From Paramecium tetraurelia (lineage: Eukaryota), in assembly GCA_000165425.1 (NCBI GenBank), contig CT868307.1:62001-126000 (forward strand): 64,000 nucleotides of DNA, written 5' to 3'. Both the position numbers and the translations under genes were made by a program. The notes beneath the pieces were generated by a model. That model ran no database searches. It was not told the DNA's origin and saw nothing but the letters and a program-made list of their open reading frames with translations. Below are positions 26,930-42,252 of this stretch, in pieces. How positions within the stretch are numbered: the first letter of the stretch is position 1; each line of letters starts with the position of its first letter.

Positions 26930-27666
26930 AATTAAATATTAATTCTTATAAATAAATTATTAAAAACAATTTAAAATCAAAATATTTTGTATTTCTGTTG
27001 TGTACTTTTCAAATTCTATATCATTAGTAAAATATTAAAGGTAGTCTTTATCAAATTTTAAATTAAATTTATTGTTTTTAATATAACTTATATGAAGAAG
27101 AAAAACCTTAGTATAATCATATATAATAATTCAGTTTATTTATCTAATATTAACAAAACAGAAATATAAATTAATGAAAGGTTTAAATCAATAAACTGAA
27201 AAGAAGATTGTAATAATAAAGATAATTCAAAGAGGATTTCTTAAATTTCTATATCCACATTTATATTATTGCAATCTAATATTAAAATTATTTATTTATA
27301 CAATAGTTCCTGTTAATAAAAAAAATAAATCATTGAGATTAATTTATTCTAACTATCAAATAAACTAAAACGTTTAAGATACTTTTATATAATAAATTTA
27401 CAGATTTGTCTTCATTAATATAATACAAATCATCTTATCCTTCTTAAGAAAAGTTATTTATATTTTGTAAGATTGATTTACGTTTTCTCAAATTTTAAGG
27501 TTTATTATTTCTTACTTAGGTATATTTTAATTATGAATGTTATAATATATTTATTAAATTCCAGAGTATTTGGATATATTTCTATTCAATATTATAATGA
27601 TGATTTATAAAATAATTATTTCAATCAAAAATTGATGAATAATAATCAACATGTAGATATATAACA

Positions 27667-28584
27667 TCACTTTTTTGAAGTTTTGATTTTTTTTTATGAT
27701 GTAATTTGAGTCTTCATCTCAAAGAGTGCCTTTCGAGGAGAACTCAATAAATAGACAGAAAACTTATTTTATTCTTTTTTTGAATTTATTTATGGCAATT
27801 AAATTTGTTTTTGTGGCTTTGGAGTGTTGATTACCTTCATTGAAGTGCAGGATGATACAAATTATTAGACAGTTTTATTGACATTTGTTAGCATAATACC
27901 TTCAGTAAGTTTGCGATTATGCATAGAAAAGTTTTTAGTTTTGATTAATGGAGTCTTAGATTATAGAGGTTTTGATTCTGAGACTTTTTGATTTTATTCA
28001 TCGCTTGAACTAGTTCTTGATTCGTTGATGATATTTTTAAAACTATTAAATGCAAAACTTGGTGATTTTGTTAGATTGACAAATGAGATCAGAGCTGTTT
28101 CATAAGTTTAAGAGTTTTGCGATATTTCCATGATGCTTTTTGAATATTTTAATTCATTATTATAAAAGAACTCATAATTAATTTGTTAATCATCTTTTGT
28201 TAAAAGCCTTTTACATTTTGCAATGGCTTCTGATGTTTTAGTATTCACCAATATGGATTTGGTTTTTCGTGATCTATAATTGTTAGTGATGATGATTGTA
28301 TTGTTTTATGAATCTCCAATATTTAAACTCGTGGAGGTAACATAAGTACCTTTTCTTCTTTGCATTCTTCGTTTCCTCTTTTTACAATGATGAGCCCTTA
28401 TGTAGGTTTATGGATGCAAAGCATTTTATCTATCTTAGAAGGCACCTACATGTCCACACTCTGAACATCTACAACTTTGTCTTCTGAAGGGTTTATTATT
28501 AGATGTTCTTTTTGTGGGAGGCGAGAGAAAACTTCGTTTTTTGTTAACTAATTGTAATAATTCTTATCTACGAGATCTATTCAT
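27667..28584 (-). CDS. Uncharacterised basic S/T-rich protein with RRQSCxCxxCG motif
   Basis: MNRSRRQELLQLVNKK..FRRQSCRCSECGHVG..; start and TGA in frame (305 aa). Confidence 0.7.
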
Positions 28585-28668
28585 TATTTATATAAATAAA
28601 TGGAAACTATTATTAAATACAAAGAATCAAATTAAGAAAATATTGTTATGTTACTACAAAATTAATTA

Positions 28669-29676
28669 TCAAAAAATTCCTTTTAATGTAGATGGAGTAT
28701 TTTTTCTAGAGTGAAATTGGTGTTTTTGTTATTTTTGTATTAGTTATTCAGATGAAATACTTTTAATGATGGTTCTGGTTGAATTTTTGAATGAAGTTTG
28801 AATAATACTATCAACCTGATTTCTAGATGTAATGTTACTAAAATATGGAGATTGGTGGTGTAAGGAAGTTGGACTGAATTCAGTTTAAGGAGTGATTTTA
28901 ATTTGTGAAGAAAAACGGGAGGATTTTTGTTCATCATTTTTTGAAAATCGTAATGGTTAAATTGTGGTAAAGGAGTTGATTGCTATTTTATGAATTTTGG
29001 GTAATTTCTATTAATGATCTAATGTAATGTTAGTAAAAGAATACCTTTTTCATATAATTTCTATTATAGATAAACTCTGATTGATTATCTTTGTTTATGT
29101 TTGCTGTCAATAATTTTGGCTTGAATTGATTGCATATGCTGATTTCTATAATTTTATTTGTCATCATGTTTTTCATTTTGGACCTGTTATTGTTATGTAG
29201 GTATGATCGGAGAAGCATCAAAATTGATTTTGGTTTTAAATCTATACATTTTTTTCTGTTTTTCTTTTTTCTTTGTTTTCTTCTATTTATCTATTAAATA
29301 GATAATGCAATAGACAGCATTTTAGAATCTTTTAAGTAATCTGAAGTTTCTAAGAATGGACATTTGGGTGTGAAAAACAGTAAATTTCTTTTAAAGACTC
29401 TTAACTTTTTTATTGGCTTTACCACATTGAGAACAACAACAACTCTCATTAACATTAAATTAAGAGTTCCGTGAAGTTTCCGAACTACTTTAGTCTGGGA
29501 GGTTACTACCTATCCAAAGAATTTAAATCGAGATTGTTGAAAGACTTGGACATATGATCTGAATTGGAAGGGTGTATGGGTTTGGAATAATATGGTGTGT
29601 TTAGATGATTTAGATGTGCCATGAGACCGGTAACTCTTTGAAGACAATATGCTTGCAAGGTGTCATGATGATCCAT
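28669..29676 (-). CDS. Uncharacterised protein with SCxCxxCG motif
   Basis: MDHHDTLQAYCLQRVTGLM..NESCCCSQCGK..KRFQNAVYCIIYLI.. Requires a 25-nt intron at ~29485-29509. Confidence 0.6.
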
Positions 29677-29744
29677 GAATATTAATTATTATTAATTTTG
29701 ATATCTTAATTCGTAAACAAAATATATGCTATAATATATCATAA

Positions 29745-31908
29745 TCATAGATAAATGTTCCATAAGCATACAGTTCCATCATAACTAGTTGTAATAACTT
29801 ATTTTTGATCACTTGTCCAAGCAACTTTCGAAACTCCAGAAGAATGTCCTAAATATTTACCCAATATCGATTGAGTTAATATAGAAATCAAAATTAACTA
29901 ACATAATTGATTATCAGTTACCTCCCCAGAATCTGACCCCGTAGCCAAGATCTTGCCATCAGGACTAATGGCAATTGAATTCAATTTCGTAACGTCGATG
30001 GATTAGACTGGCTCAACAATGTCGATATCCCAAAATTAAATGGGCATATTAATACCACAAGTGACTAACATTTAATAAGGAATGAGAATTACTTAGTTCT
30101 AACTCATTGTCCTTTCTTTAAGTCATATCAAGAAGAACTCCATTTCTAGATTAATGTTGAATAACCTTTTTGTCTGTTTTGAGATCATAAGTGTAAATGG
30201 TTTTATCAGCTGAGCATGAATGTATAAGATTAGGTTTCATAAGATCTGGGAATACTTTTGTTATTTCTTTCGAATGGATAGATATTTGAGTAATTAATTA
30301 TCTAGCTGTCTTTGACCAAACTCTAATAATACTATCCTCACCACCAGAGAGATAATAATTTTGATCACTATACAAACTAGTCACAGCTCCTTTGTGAGCA
30401 TTAACAATCTCCCATTTAATTGGAGATACTGGTTTATTAGTTATCATATATGCTCTAATAAATCCATCTCTCCACCCAGAGACAACAGTCCTATCAGGAT
30501 CCAAATACACAGATGACCCCTTGACTCTGTTCATGTTTATTGGAATACATCTAGTAATTACAAGCATTTCATTCATATCCCATACCATAACTACACCTTC
30601 ATAATCTATGGAAACAAAGAGATCACATGCATTTAAAGGCACTGATAAACCAACAACACTAGATAAGTGTCCTTCAGTATGAACAACCGAATCTAGATTT
30701 GCAGTGTTGATTCTATAGATTCTACCATTGGATGTTCCTGCCAATAATTCATTGCCATTTGGATCAGTTGTAATTGAATTCATCCTGCCTTCTAGACAGA
30801 TTTCTCTTTCTAAATTCCATCTAGTATCACTTCCAGTCAACTTCTTCACTTTTCCATCTCCTGAACCAACAAACAGATTCCTACCAAATATATTTATACT
30901 CAAAACTCCATTATTACTCACTGGTATTGTTGCTTTGAATATTCCTCCTTGTTATGATGATATACTGAAAATACAGATTTCACCAGCATGAGTTCCTACA
31001 TATAAATAATCCCCATTTTAATCAATTACTGCTTTAGTGTAATTCCTTACTAAACCACTACTAGGTAATTGACATGGAGCTTATTTGAGTTGATATTGCA
31101 TAGAAGCGACATCAAAATCCATTGTATTTAAGAAGATGTTGGAACCTTGAGAAGTGACAATTAAATATTAAGAATGTTTAGTTGATGATCTTCTTGGAGG
31201 ACACCAAGTAATCAGATTTATTGGAACTTCCAATAACTTATTATGAACAATGGTATAATCTTGGCAATTCCATATTATTAGATTATTGTTAGAGGCAGTG
31301 GCTGCTAAGAATTTATCATCGCTTGAAAAGGAAAGATTTGTAATTTCATCTCTCAAACCTCTAAATATTTGCATTGGTTTTCTTGCGTTGAAATCCCATA
31401 GTATGACTGGTGCTTCTGGTGTCTTAGCATTTCTAGATCCCATTTATCCAGATGCTATGTATCTGCCAGTCTTCGATAATGTCAATGCACTAATGTCCAT
31501 ATCATGTCCTCTCAAAAACAATTGTTAATGTTTGTCATTCAAGTTCTCTATTACAATCAACCCTGCCAATGCATAGACTATTGTCGACTCCTTTTGAGGA
31601 TGCAAGTGAATCACATCGCGATATCTCCCAGAAAATCCATTCATGTGATCTAATTCTATTGCATCGCTCTATAGAGGCAGTTTCTATCCTGCCTCTGGCA
31701 TACTCTGCTATACAACTTATGGAAGAGTTTAATTATAATAAGGATTCTGGTACTGTTACGGATTTTGAGTGTATTATATGGGAGGCTATGGGTAAGGTTG
31801 CTTGTAATAGGGTTGTTAATTCCCTCTTTATGCATAATCTATTGGAGTATTCGTTATTGGATTTATTCCATTCTTATTCTGATGGCCTGGTTAAGGTCGT
31901 AAATTCAT
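29745..31908 (-). CDS. CFAP52/WDR16-like ciliary WD40 protein with P/Q/Y-rich N-extension
   Basis: IELDHMNGFSG..LHP..IVYALAG..QLFLRGHDMDISALTLSKTGRYIASGQ, multiple GH/WD repeats, ends DGTVCLWNIYL*. Confidence 0.85.
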
Positions 31909-31998
31909 AATTTAAATTATTATTTCTTTTTTCAATTATATATGTATAATAGTATATGTATAAAATACTACTAATTAATGAAAATTTTAATTTCATTT

Positions 31999-32565
31999 AT
32001 GTCATATCTCATACATAAAATTCGATATGCCTTTGCTATTTAAAGAATACCGAATGGGACTCATTTAATTGTTGGATTGGGAAACCCAGGCAAAATTTAT
32101 GAAAATACCAGACATAATGCAGGCCAATTGTTCATTAAACATCTTGCTAAAGAGTTTAACATAAAAATGAGTGATGGATAAAATGGGGCTATTGGGTCAT
32201 TTCAACACATTATCTTGTTCAATCCTCTTTCCTTCATGAATTCAAGTGGTCATCCAATCAAAAAAATTGCAGACAAAGCCAATATTCAAACTAGCAATAT
32301 TATCATTGTTCATGATGACTTGGACAATTTACCAGGAAGGTGTAAGATAAAGCAAGGAGGAAGTGCAGAGGGACATAATGGTTTGAAATCCATTATTTAA
32401 TATATGGATGATAAATTCATTAGATTAAAAATTGGAATCGGAAGACCTAATTCAAAAGACCCTGCAATTGTAAGTGATTATGTGATGAGCAAATTAGATT
32501 ACGAACCATCATAACAAGCATTCAAATAAGGAATCGTGCTTGTACGACAACTCTTTAAATTTTGA
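31999..32565 (+). CDS. PTH1: Peptidyl-tRNA hydrolase, bacterial/mitochondrial Pth1 type
   Basis: [58 protein letters not shown]. Short N-terminal presequence-like extension. Confidence 0.95.
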
Positions 32566-32593
32566 TGATCATCTATCATTATAAGGTCATGCA

Positions 32594-32806
32594 TCATTCA
32601 ATATAATTGGTTTCATCTAATAAAGTGTTGAATTCTGAATCTGTCAAAATATCCGAATTCTGACATTTTTCTTATCTCTATCTTGCATTCTTTCCCATTC
32701 TTCCAGATTCTCCTTTACTACGATTCAAGCCCAAACCGATCATCAAAAATATCATGCTTACTATGAATATAGTGATTGCTTCCATCAAAAGATCGTTTTT
32801 TAACAT
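32594..32806 (-). CDS. Small single-pass membrane protein (~70 aa)
   Basis: MLKNDLLMEAITIFIVSMIFLMIGLGLNRSK..NYIE*. Confidence 0.5.
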
Positions 32807-33305
32807 TTTTTTATTTTTATAATACTCATTATCAAATTCAATATAATAATATAACAAGTTATTATCTCTAACTTTTAACTTATTTTTCAATACATATATA
32901 GAAGTATTTTTTATGCTTTAAGAAATTTAATCATTATATTCTGTATTCCAAAGATTTTGTTAAAAGACTTATCTCGATTTGGAACAGTTAATACTTTTAG
33001 CATAATTTCATTATATAGAATTCAGTACTTTTCAACTTCTATAACAAATTATTTAGTTATTTTATAGTCTTATTTATCCTGATAGAATTATTATTTCTGA
33101 AATCATTTACAGAATTATATAATCACACATAATTATTGAAGTGTTCTCTTATATGTGATATTTAGTGTAAACACAAATTCATTTATTAAATTGGTTTTTG
33201 ATTTAATTTAATATCATGTGATATTTTTTCATTAAAAATGAAGAGACCAGAGAAAATAGAATATTTGAATATTTTAATTATTATATGAATAGATAATTTG
33301 AAGTC

Positions 33306-34348
33306 ATGGGTTTGTAACAGGTGAATCAACACTTACTATGTTCAATTTGCAGGGAAGTATTTTATAATCCAATCAGAGCAACATGTGGGTATAATTAGAT
33401 TCAAATTATAGACATACATTTTGTGGTACTTGTTTGGTTCGTTGGATACAATAGAAGAAGAGTTGTCCACTCTGTAGACATCACTTAGAACGCAATTATA
33501 AATTCGATAAGGATATTTTAGCAACCAAAATAGTTGGAGATGTTAAGGTCAAATGTTTGAGGTGTTAATAATGGAATGGAACATTGGCAGCATTCAAATA
33601 ACACAAGAAAACATAATGCAAATTTGTTCAAAAAAATAATGAAATACCATAAAATGCAATTGAAATAGGAGATGATAATGATATCACATTTCCATTTATT
33701 ATTATTGATACTCGGAAAATAGTTAAGACTGCTAACCATCCTATTCTAGTATAAATAGATGAACAAAATAACAAACAACGTGATGATCTATTTATAAGTT
33801 AAATAAGATAGAGTAACCATTTTTAGAATGACAATCCTCAAGTAGAAATCAACCCTTATGTTATAAGTGATTAATCAAATCATATAATAATTGAAACTCA
33901 AGATAATGTATTGCTAGAATAATCTAGCTAGTAATAATAAATATTTATCTGCCCAAATAATGAGTTATATATAGATGTAGAAAATTTAAATAATTAGAAT
34001 AACTAAACGGATATAAAAGATTTATAAATTATTATTAATGAATAATAAGGGAATCTTTGCAAAAAGCCAGAAGACATAATTTAAATATAACAAAATTAAT
34101 AGATGCAACATCCAAATTAATCAGAAATTGAAATCTTGGAACCTTCTTTAAGAATACTAAATAGTAGAGAAATCAAGGAATTAAAATCTAAGAGAAAATT
34201 TAAAATAAATATTCTAAAAAATGCTGTGACAATAGTTGAACCCCTAATTGATTCGATGAATGATGATTAATTCAATGAGTTTATAGATCATATGAAAAAA
34301 GAAATGACGAATAAACTTAATGAACTTTTAAATACTTCTATTTTATGA
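33306..34348 (+). CDS. RING-HC (TRAF-like) zinc-finger protein
   Basis: LLCSICREVFYNPIRATCGHTFCGTCLVRWIQQKKSCPLCR..VKVKC..WNGTL..H..C. 23-nt intron in the RING; Q/N-rich tail. Confidence 0.88.
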
Positions 34349-34369
34349 TAATTCTTGTTATTATGTATC

Positions 34370-36073
34370 TCATTTTAAATAGTTGTTAATATACTATGCG
34401 CAGTTCCTTCCTGGTGCACCCATCACTCCTCCACCAGGGTGAGTTCCAGAACCGCATAAGAATAGCCCATTGATAGGAGTTCCATAACTATTATACCCAT
34501 TGCTTGGTCGATTTCCATACAATTTATCCAAAGTCAAAGCCCCATGGAAAATATTGCCTTCAGTCATATTAAGAAGTTACTCAATTTCCTAAGGTGTAAC
34601 CATATCTGTATAGAGTATGGACTTCCTATTAAAATGAGAACAATAGCTACTTAAAATTTGGAGCATATTAAGAAATGTAATCAATGACTTACTCCTTCAA
34701 TTATTTTTTGATTTAATCATTCCAATTGGCCTTATAAGGAGTATATTAGACAAGACATTGTACAATGTGTTATCCCTACGGAGCAATTGTTTTGTCATGA
34801 GCAGTAGGAACAACTAAATCCACGAATAAATTATCACTAAAAGACCTATAAGGCGAATGATCGATTAATCATACTTTCCATTTATGCAATCTTAGTATGC
34901 TTATCTCAATGTGTCTAGCCTTTCGCATCCTAAATGAGTTGTACCAATTAAGACAGATTCAGGTTTTTCATATTTGGTTCCCTCAAAACATTTAAATTTA
35001 GGCATTTCAGATACAGCAAAATTAAATTTAGTGCAAGCTCCATTATATTCCATATGTTTAACATCACTGAAATATTTAGGGTTCTTAGCTTTTTGGTCAG
35101 GTGATAACAATTTTTCGAAAGTGATTCTGGGAGTTACACTGCTTATGATGGTATCACTATAATAAGTGTTATTATCTGAGCATTTCACACCAGTGACTTA
35201 ATTATTAGAAGTGAGTATTTGATCCACACTTATATTGGTCTTGATCTCGACTCCTTTCTGCTCATTCAATTTAGTTAGGATCTTAGATATGGATCCCATT
35301 CCACCTTCTACAAACGCCCATTCTCCCTTCGAATTTGGGAATATCTCACCCATCACATGATGCAATAAGATATAGGCGCTGGCTGGAGTGTCTATAGATA
35401 TCATTTCACCTATGATGCCATCGGTTATGAGTGTTCCCTTTAGAATATCAGATTCGAACCATTTATTTAAGAATTAACTTGACGATTATGACATAAATTA
35501 AATGTAATCGTATATCTAATTAAATATAAATGCAAGATATACTTTATCTTTGTTTTTCCATCCATCTTGACCCATCCTTAACAATAATCCAAGATCATCA
35601 AAGCTTTTCTTGATGTTGTATCCTTTGCCTCTGGCGGATGTGTCATATGGATATTTATCCTAATAATAACTCCACAAATCTATAATTTCTGAGAGGAATT
35701 GGTTGTACTCATCATAGACTTCACTGTCTCTTTTGGAGAACTTGGCTATCTCTTGTTTGCAAAAAGTTGAATCTGAGTTCATCAACAGGTATTCGCCCTT
35801 GTTCTTGGTTACTGTAATACTGGAGATGGGTCTTCTAAAGAGTTTCAAGCCATGTGAATATAGATTCAATTCATTGATTACTGACGGACGCATCAACGAT
35901 AGCAAATACGAGAATCGACTAAATTTAAATCCGGGATAGACTTCTTCAGTTTAAGCAGCTCCTCCGGTTACGTGTCGTCTTTCTAGGAGCAAGATGTTTT
36001 TATGTTTTAGATAGCATGCTGCCACAAGTGCATTGTGACCACCGCCTATAATGATAGCATCATATTTTTTCAT
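34370..36073 (-). CDS. PYROXD2: PYROXD2-like FAD oxidoreductase (phytoene desaturase family)
   Basis: [87 protein letters not shown]. Confidence 0.92.
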
Positions 36074-36618
36074 ATTTAATAAAATCAATTTATTGAGAAT
36101 GTCTTGTTTAAGAAAATAAAGTGTTTCGTTTAGTGATCAGTTTGGGCACTGAGCTTTTCTTATAGAAACTCAATTGTGAATTCGACTATTATGTTTTAAT
36201 GGCTCCTATCACAGAACTTGTTCTAACAGATTTACGATTGTTAAGATAAATAGAGTGTTAAGGACATATATTGTATGATCGTTCAGCACTAGTCTCAGTT
36301 CTCGTTGATTGTTATGTTTTGAATCGAATCGGTTTTATTTGTCTTCTCCTCTGGCTGACTCTATTCTGAGCTTAGATAATATAATTTTTGATTGTCTCCC
36401 CAATCTTAGTATTCCTATGGACTGCGTAATTGTAAACTGTCTTGCTTTTTTCATTTGACAACTTAGCTATGTTGATTTGATACTTATTATCAATGTCAGG
36501 TATCATGGTCTAATTTCTGGAGGACTATCATTACATTCCTCATCAAATTTTGTTACGCACTAATCACTCTTTGCATTCTCTAGTAATTCAACCACTTTCG
36601 AATCATTTCTTAATCCAT
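36060..36618 (-). CDS. Hypothetical basic protein
   Basis: [28 protein letters not shown].. with one 25-nt intron. The frame ends at TGA 36060-36062, inside the PYROXD2 start. Confidence 0.55.
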
Positions 36619-37328
36619 AATATTTACTATATTTGTATAATCAAAAAAATAATGATAATATCAATGATAACAATATTGAGAAACCATGAAATGAGAGATG
36701 GAAATATACATTATTCAAGAGTGGATTTATAAGGAAACCTAAATTGTGAAGCTGAAATTCAGTTATTTGTTGATAATATTAGATAAATCCTTTATAAAGA
36801 TATATTCAAAATACTTATTTGTACAATCTATTACTATGAATTATAATAACTTATTTGATAAATGAATTATAAATATTATAATTAACATTTCTTATAAATC
36901 TTTCATCCTATCTTGATTAACTAACAATTATTGGCTATAACTAACTAAAATAGAAAGAATATCAATTGAATATTTCTTTGAAAGAATTGTTAATTATTGT
37001 ATATGAACAAATAACACAAATTTATAATAAAAATGATTAAAGGGAAATCTGAATAATTATCAATGAATATTGTAGAAAATATTAAGTTAATCAATTATAC
37101 TTTGTAAATTCTAATATAATTTCAACAAATATATGTTTTTTCAATTTAATTACAAATAATTATTGATCATTAGAATCATTTAACTTCATATCTAAAAATC
37201 AAACTAATAAAATTAGCAAAGCAAATTATTCATGTCTAAACTTAGTAAGTTTGGCACAATATCAATTTCAAATGATTTCATCATTCACAGTAAAGAATAT
37301 ACTTTTATTATTTTTTTAATCCAAATAA

Positions 37329-38883
<1,555 letters not shown>

Positions 38884-38911
38884 TTTTTTATTAATTATAT
38901 AAAAAACGGGT

Positions 38912-39981
38912 ATGAATAGAATTGGATTTGGATTGTTATGTATAATGTTGGTGACAGCCAGCAGCAATGTGATGTTACAGACAGCAGATCATAGTGCATT
39001 CAGTGAAGTGTTTAAAACTTATGTAATGATTGTTGGTTTACAAGGAAACAGTCAAAATAAAGTGAATTCGGAGGTAGATTATTTGGAGAGTTATTGGTGA
39101 TGGTTCAGAAGGGTGAAACATTGTAGAGTCTAAATGATCACGTTGAAGAGTTGAGAAAGCATTTGTCAGATGATGAATCAGAAGATGAGAAATATTTCAA
39201 TGAAAAATAACAGGAAATGGAGGCTTCATTTTCTGGCTTGGCAACTGAAGTTGAAGAGTTAAGAGTATCAGTAGAACAAGCAGCAAGTAAAATTCAAGTG
39301 TTGAATAAATAATAAACTATCATTGATGGGTTATTTGCAAATGATCAACAAGCATATTAAAAGAGAGTCGGTGATCAAAATGCTATTTTGGATGTCATAG
39401 GATAATTGTTAGTACGTGTTAGTGAATTACAATAAGGAGGAGGACACAGTTTGATTGAGAAGGACAACTTATTGGATGAAATCAAGGCTTTAGGAAGAGG
39501 AAAGCATGTGGAAGTCTTGGCTTAAGTAATTAATCATTATCTATATGTAAATAGATTACAGCTCATTTACAAACTGAATAGGTTGAACACATTTAAGAAT
39601 TGTTGAATAGATTGAGAGATGCAGTCTTAAACAGTTTAGCTATTGATGAAGAGAAGGAATAAGAAAATATTAGATTATACAATAAGTTGAGTGGAGAAAT
39701 CAGAAGGTAATGTTAATACATGATATTTTTAAGTTCATTGGCTTAAAGTACTAGATCATTTTAAGAATTGGAGGCTCACTTTGATTAAAAGGAATTTGAA
39801 TTGAATTCTAAGAAATTGGCAGTTCGTGAAGTAGGAGAGACATTGTAAGACAGAAACGATTAGAGGTGAATAATTATATCATTTGAGTAGATAGTTTATA
39901 TTGGATAGAGTCTAAGAGGCATAAAAATTATTGAATGATAATTTGGATAGAATTGCGAGATGGTCAGTTGAAAGCGAATGA
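38912..39981 (+). CDS. Secreted coiled-coil protein, trichocyst-matrix-protein-like
   Basis: Signal peptide MNRIGFGLLCIMLVTAS, SEFGGRLFGELL, acidic heptad repeats, about four small introns. Confidence 0.65.
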
Positions 39982-40022
39982 AAATGAATTTGGAAATTTA
40001 ATAATTTTTAATTTAATAAATA

Positions 40023-40602
40023 ATGAACGCAGTGTTATCAAAGCTTGATCCATTAATTACAAAATTTGGACTTGATAATACAGATCAGATTGAAATACTC
40101 AAAGGACCATGCAGTAAAATCGGAGTTAGACCTGCTTATGTGGTCTTTGTTTTTGGTTCTGTTGCACTTTTCAGCATATTGTTTGGAATTGCAGCACGTT
40201 TTCTCTCCACATTCATTTCCATCCTTTACCCAGCCTACAGAAGCATTCAAGCTATTGAAACAACAGGTATGTTATTCCCCCTTATTGTAGGTGAATCTGA
40301 CGACAAATAATGGTTGACCTATTGGATTCTATTTTCGATCATCACTTTGACAGATGCCACCATTGGATTTGCATTAGAATTCATTCCCTTCTACCACATC
40401 TTGAAATTGGCACTCTTTGTTGCTTTATTCCATCCACAAGTTAAAGGAGCTGAGAAATTGTATGACAAGGTAATGGTTTATTGAGATTATGTTTTAGTTT
40501 GTACATCCCCTTTATTTGCAATATCATGAGAAAATCGACAAGGGTTTCCAAAAGGTTTAAGACAAAGTTAAGTAACAAGTCAATGACAGATTTTAAAATT
40601 GA
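40023..40602 (+). CDS. TB2/DP1/HVA22 (REEP/YOP1) ER-shaping protein
   Basis: ILYPAYRSIQAIET..DDKQWLTYWILFS..FIPFYHILKL..GAEKLYDK. Two small introns. Confidence 0.93.
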
Positions 40603-40636
40603 TATATTATGGCCACGTATAAATATAAATTTGTAA

Positions 40637-41318
40637 TCATTTGAATGTTCCAGTGGCTCTCATTCTGCATTCGCCAAGTGATTGAGTAAGATATTTGATT
40701 TCTTTTCGTTGTTGATTGTATTTAAATACAATGGTCTAACGTAAAAATGATTCCTCAACTTAATGAAAGTCAAAGTGAATCATGTGGACACTTCTAAATT
40801 CTGTTGTCTGATTGATTTCCAAACGAGCAGAGCCATCCAGCATTACTTGGAAGATGGCTCCATACCTAAATTAATAGATATTGATCATAAATACCCATTG
40901 TAGTTTTATTCAACTTTATTTAAAGTAGCAATTGTTATCTAAGCATAATCCTTAAATGGCATTTGCAAATTTTACAATGCTTTGATCTAAGTGAAACCAT
41001 TAACTGTGGCTTCATGATGAAATAAAAAGAACAGATCCTTTTCTGAACTAATTTCGATTTTGATTGATTAGGGATTACTATCAATTCCCCTTAATAAAAC
41101 ATTATCCTTACTAGTTGTAAGACTCGGAGACGAATAGGTTCTGGTTAACTAAGTTCCTGGACTTCGGAGAATCGATCTTAGAATCGAATATTAATGTTTA
41201 AAATGCGATCGTAAAGGATTTTGTGTCCATCCTTTAAGGCTGGATCCAAGTAATCGATTTCAGCAAAGTCTATTGGATTCATTTGCATAGAATTCAACCA
41301 TGAGGTGCCTGATTTCAT
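40637..41318 (-). CDS. SAS6L: SAS-6-like protein (SAS-6 N-terminal head domain, short tail)
   Basis: IKIEISSEKDLFFLFHH..F..IKALQNLQMPFKDY..ARLEINQTTEFRSVHMI.FDF. No long coiled coil. Two introns. Confidence 0.8.
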
Positions 41319-41354
41319 ATTGTATTTTGAAATTATTTAAAACAGTTAATAAAT

Positions 41355-41599
41355 ATGAATTAATTAGTTTAAGTCATTCTATTTTTGAATTGTACAAAAG
41401 TGTTCCGAGAAGAGGATTCACCCGTTTTCAACAAAATAGTGGTAAGTTGTCTGATCAAGTGTAGTACAACATCCGGAACAACCAGTACTCTCAGATGTCA
41501 GAATTGCAGAGCGACTTAGCAGAGTATCTAAGTTCTTGCGAGAATGCTGAGATCAAGGAGAGAGTGAACTACGAATTAAGGAGATTGGGATTAATTTGA
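41355..41599 (+). CDS. 73-aa microprotein with partial bromodomain-like segment
   Basis: After removing the 23-nt intron 41442-41464 (GTAAG..GTAG): MNQLVQVILFLNCTKVFREEDSPVFNKIVYNIRNNQYSQMSELQSDLAEYLSSCENAEIKERVNYELRRLGLI*. Confidence 0.65.
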
Positions 41600-41643
41600 G
41601 AGAGAATATTTAATATATATATATATTTAATATACAAATAATT

Positions 41644-42252
41644 ATGTAAGACTCTGATAGCGAATCCTAACTGCTTTATCAATCGATTGCTGAACAGTAA
41701 TATGATGTGGAAGATAAGCAAGTCATGGTGAGTAGTCTTACAGATATGGCTGAAGCATAAGATGAATCTATTCAAATTAATTTTGATAGAGAAATGATCT
41801 CAAAATTGGAAGAGGAAATTGTGTTATTGCAGAGAAAGAATATATATCTCACTGATTAATTGAAGGATAGGGACAACTAAATCTCCCTACTCAAAGAGAA
41901 ATTGCAAAAGCAAACTGCTATTAATGACACTCATCAAATTGCTGAAGTATAACTAAAATAATAAATTGAAGAATTAAAGATAAAAATTACAGAACTTCAT
42001 TATCAAAAGGCCATGAGTCAAACAAAAGTTCAAACTATCCCTAAAATTAATTTAGATTTTAGTTGGGTTAATCATATTGAAAGAGATCATTCTCATGATG
42101 GGTTGTTAGAACGATATGATCAGATGAAAGTTGCTAAGCGACTTGCACCTATCCAAATTAAACAGCCTAATTAAATACAGCATAGTCCCTATTTCGAACA
42201 GTTATCTGAAAGGAAACCTATCACATAAAGAAAACGTCCTAATAATTAATGA
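41644..42252 (+). CDS. Hypothetical coiled-coil protein (202 aa)
   Basis: MQDSDSESQLLYQSI..ISKLEEEIVLLQRKNIYLTDQLK..; intronless frame to TGA. Confidence 0.7.

Noticed and set aside
27000..27660. Very AT-rich intergenic region upstream of the dynamin gene
   Set aside because: No repeat structure, RNA motif or credible ORF found.
31999..32565. Bacterial-type Pth as possible horizontal transfer
   Set aside because: Eukaryotes normally encode mitochondrial Pth1. This copy uses TAA=Gln and has a presequence-like extension.
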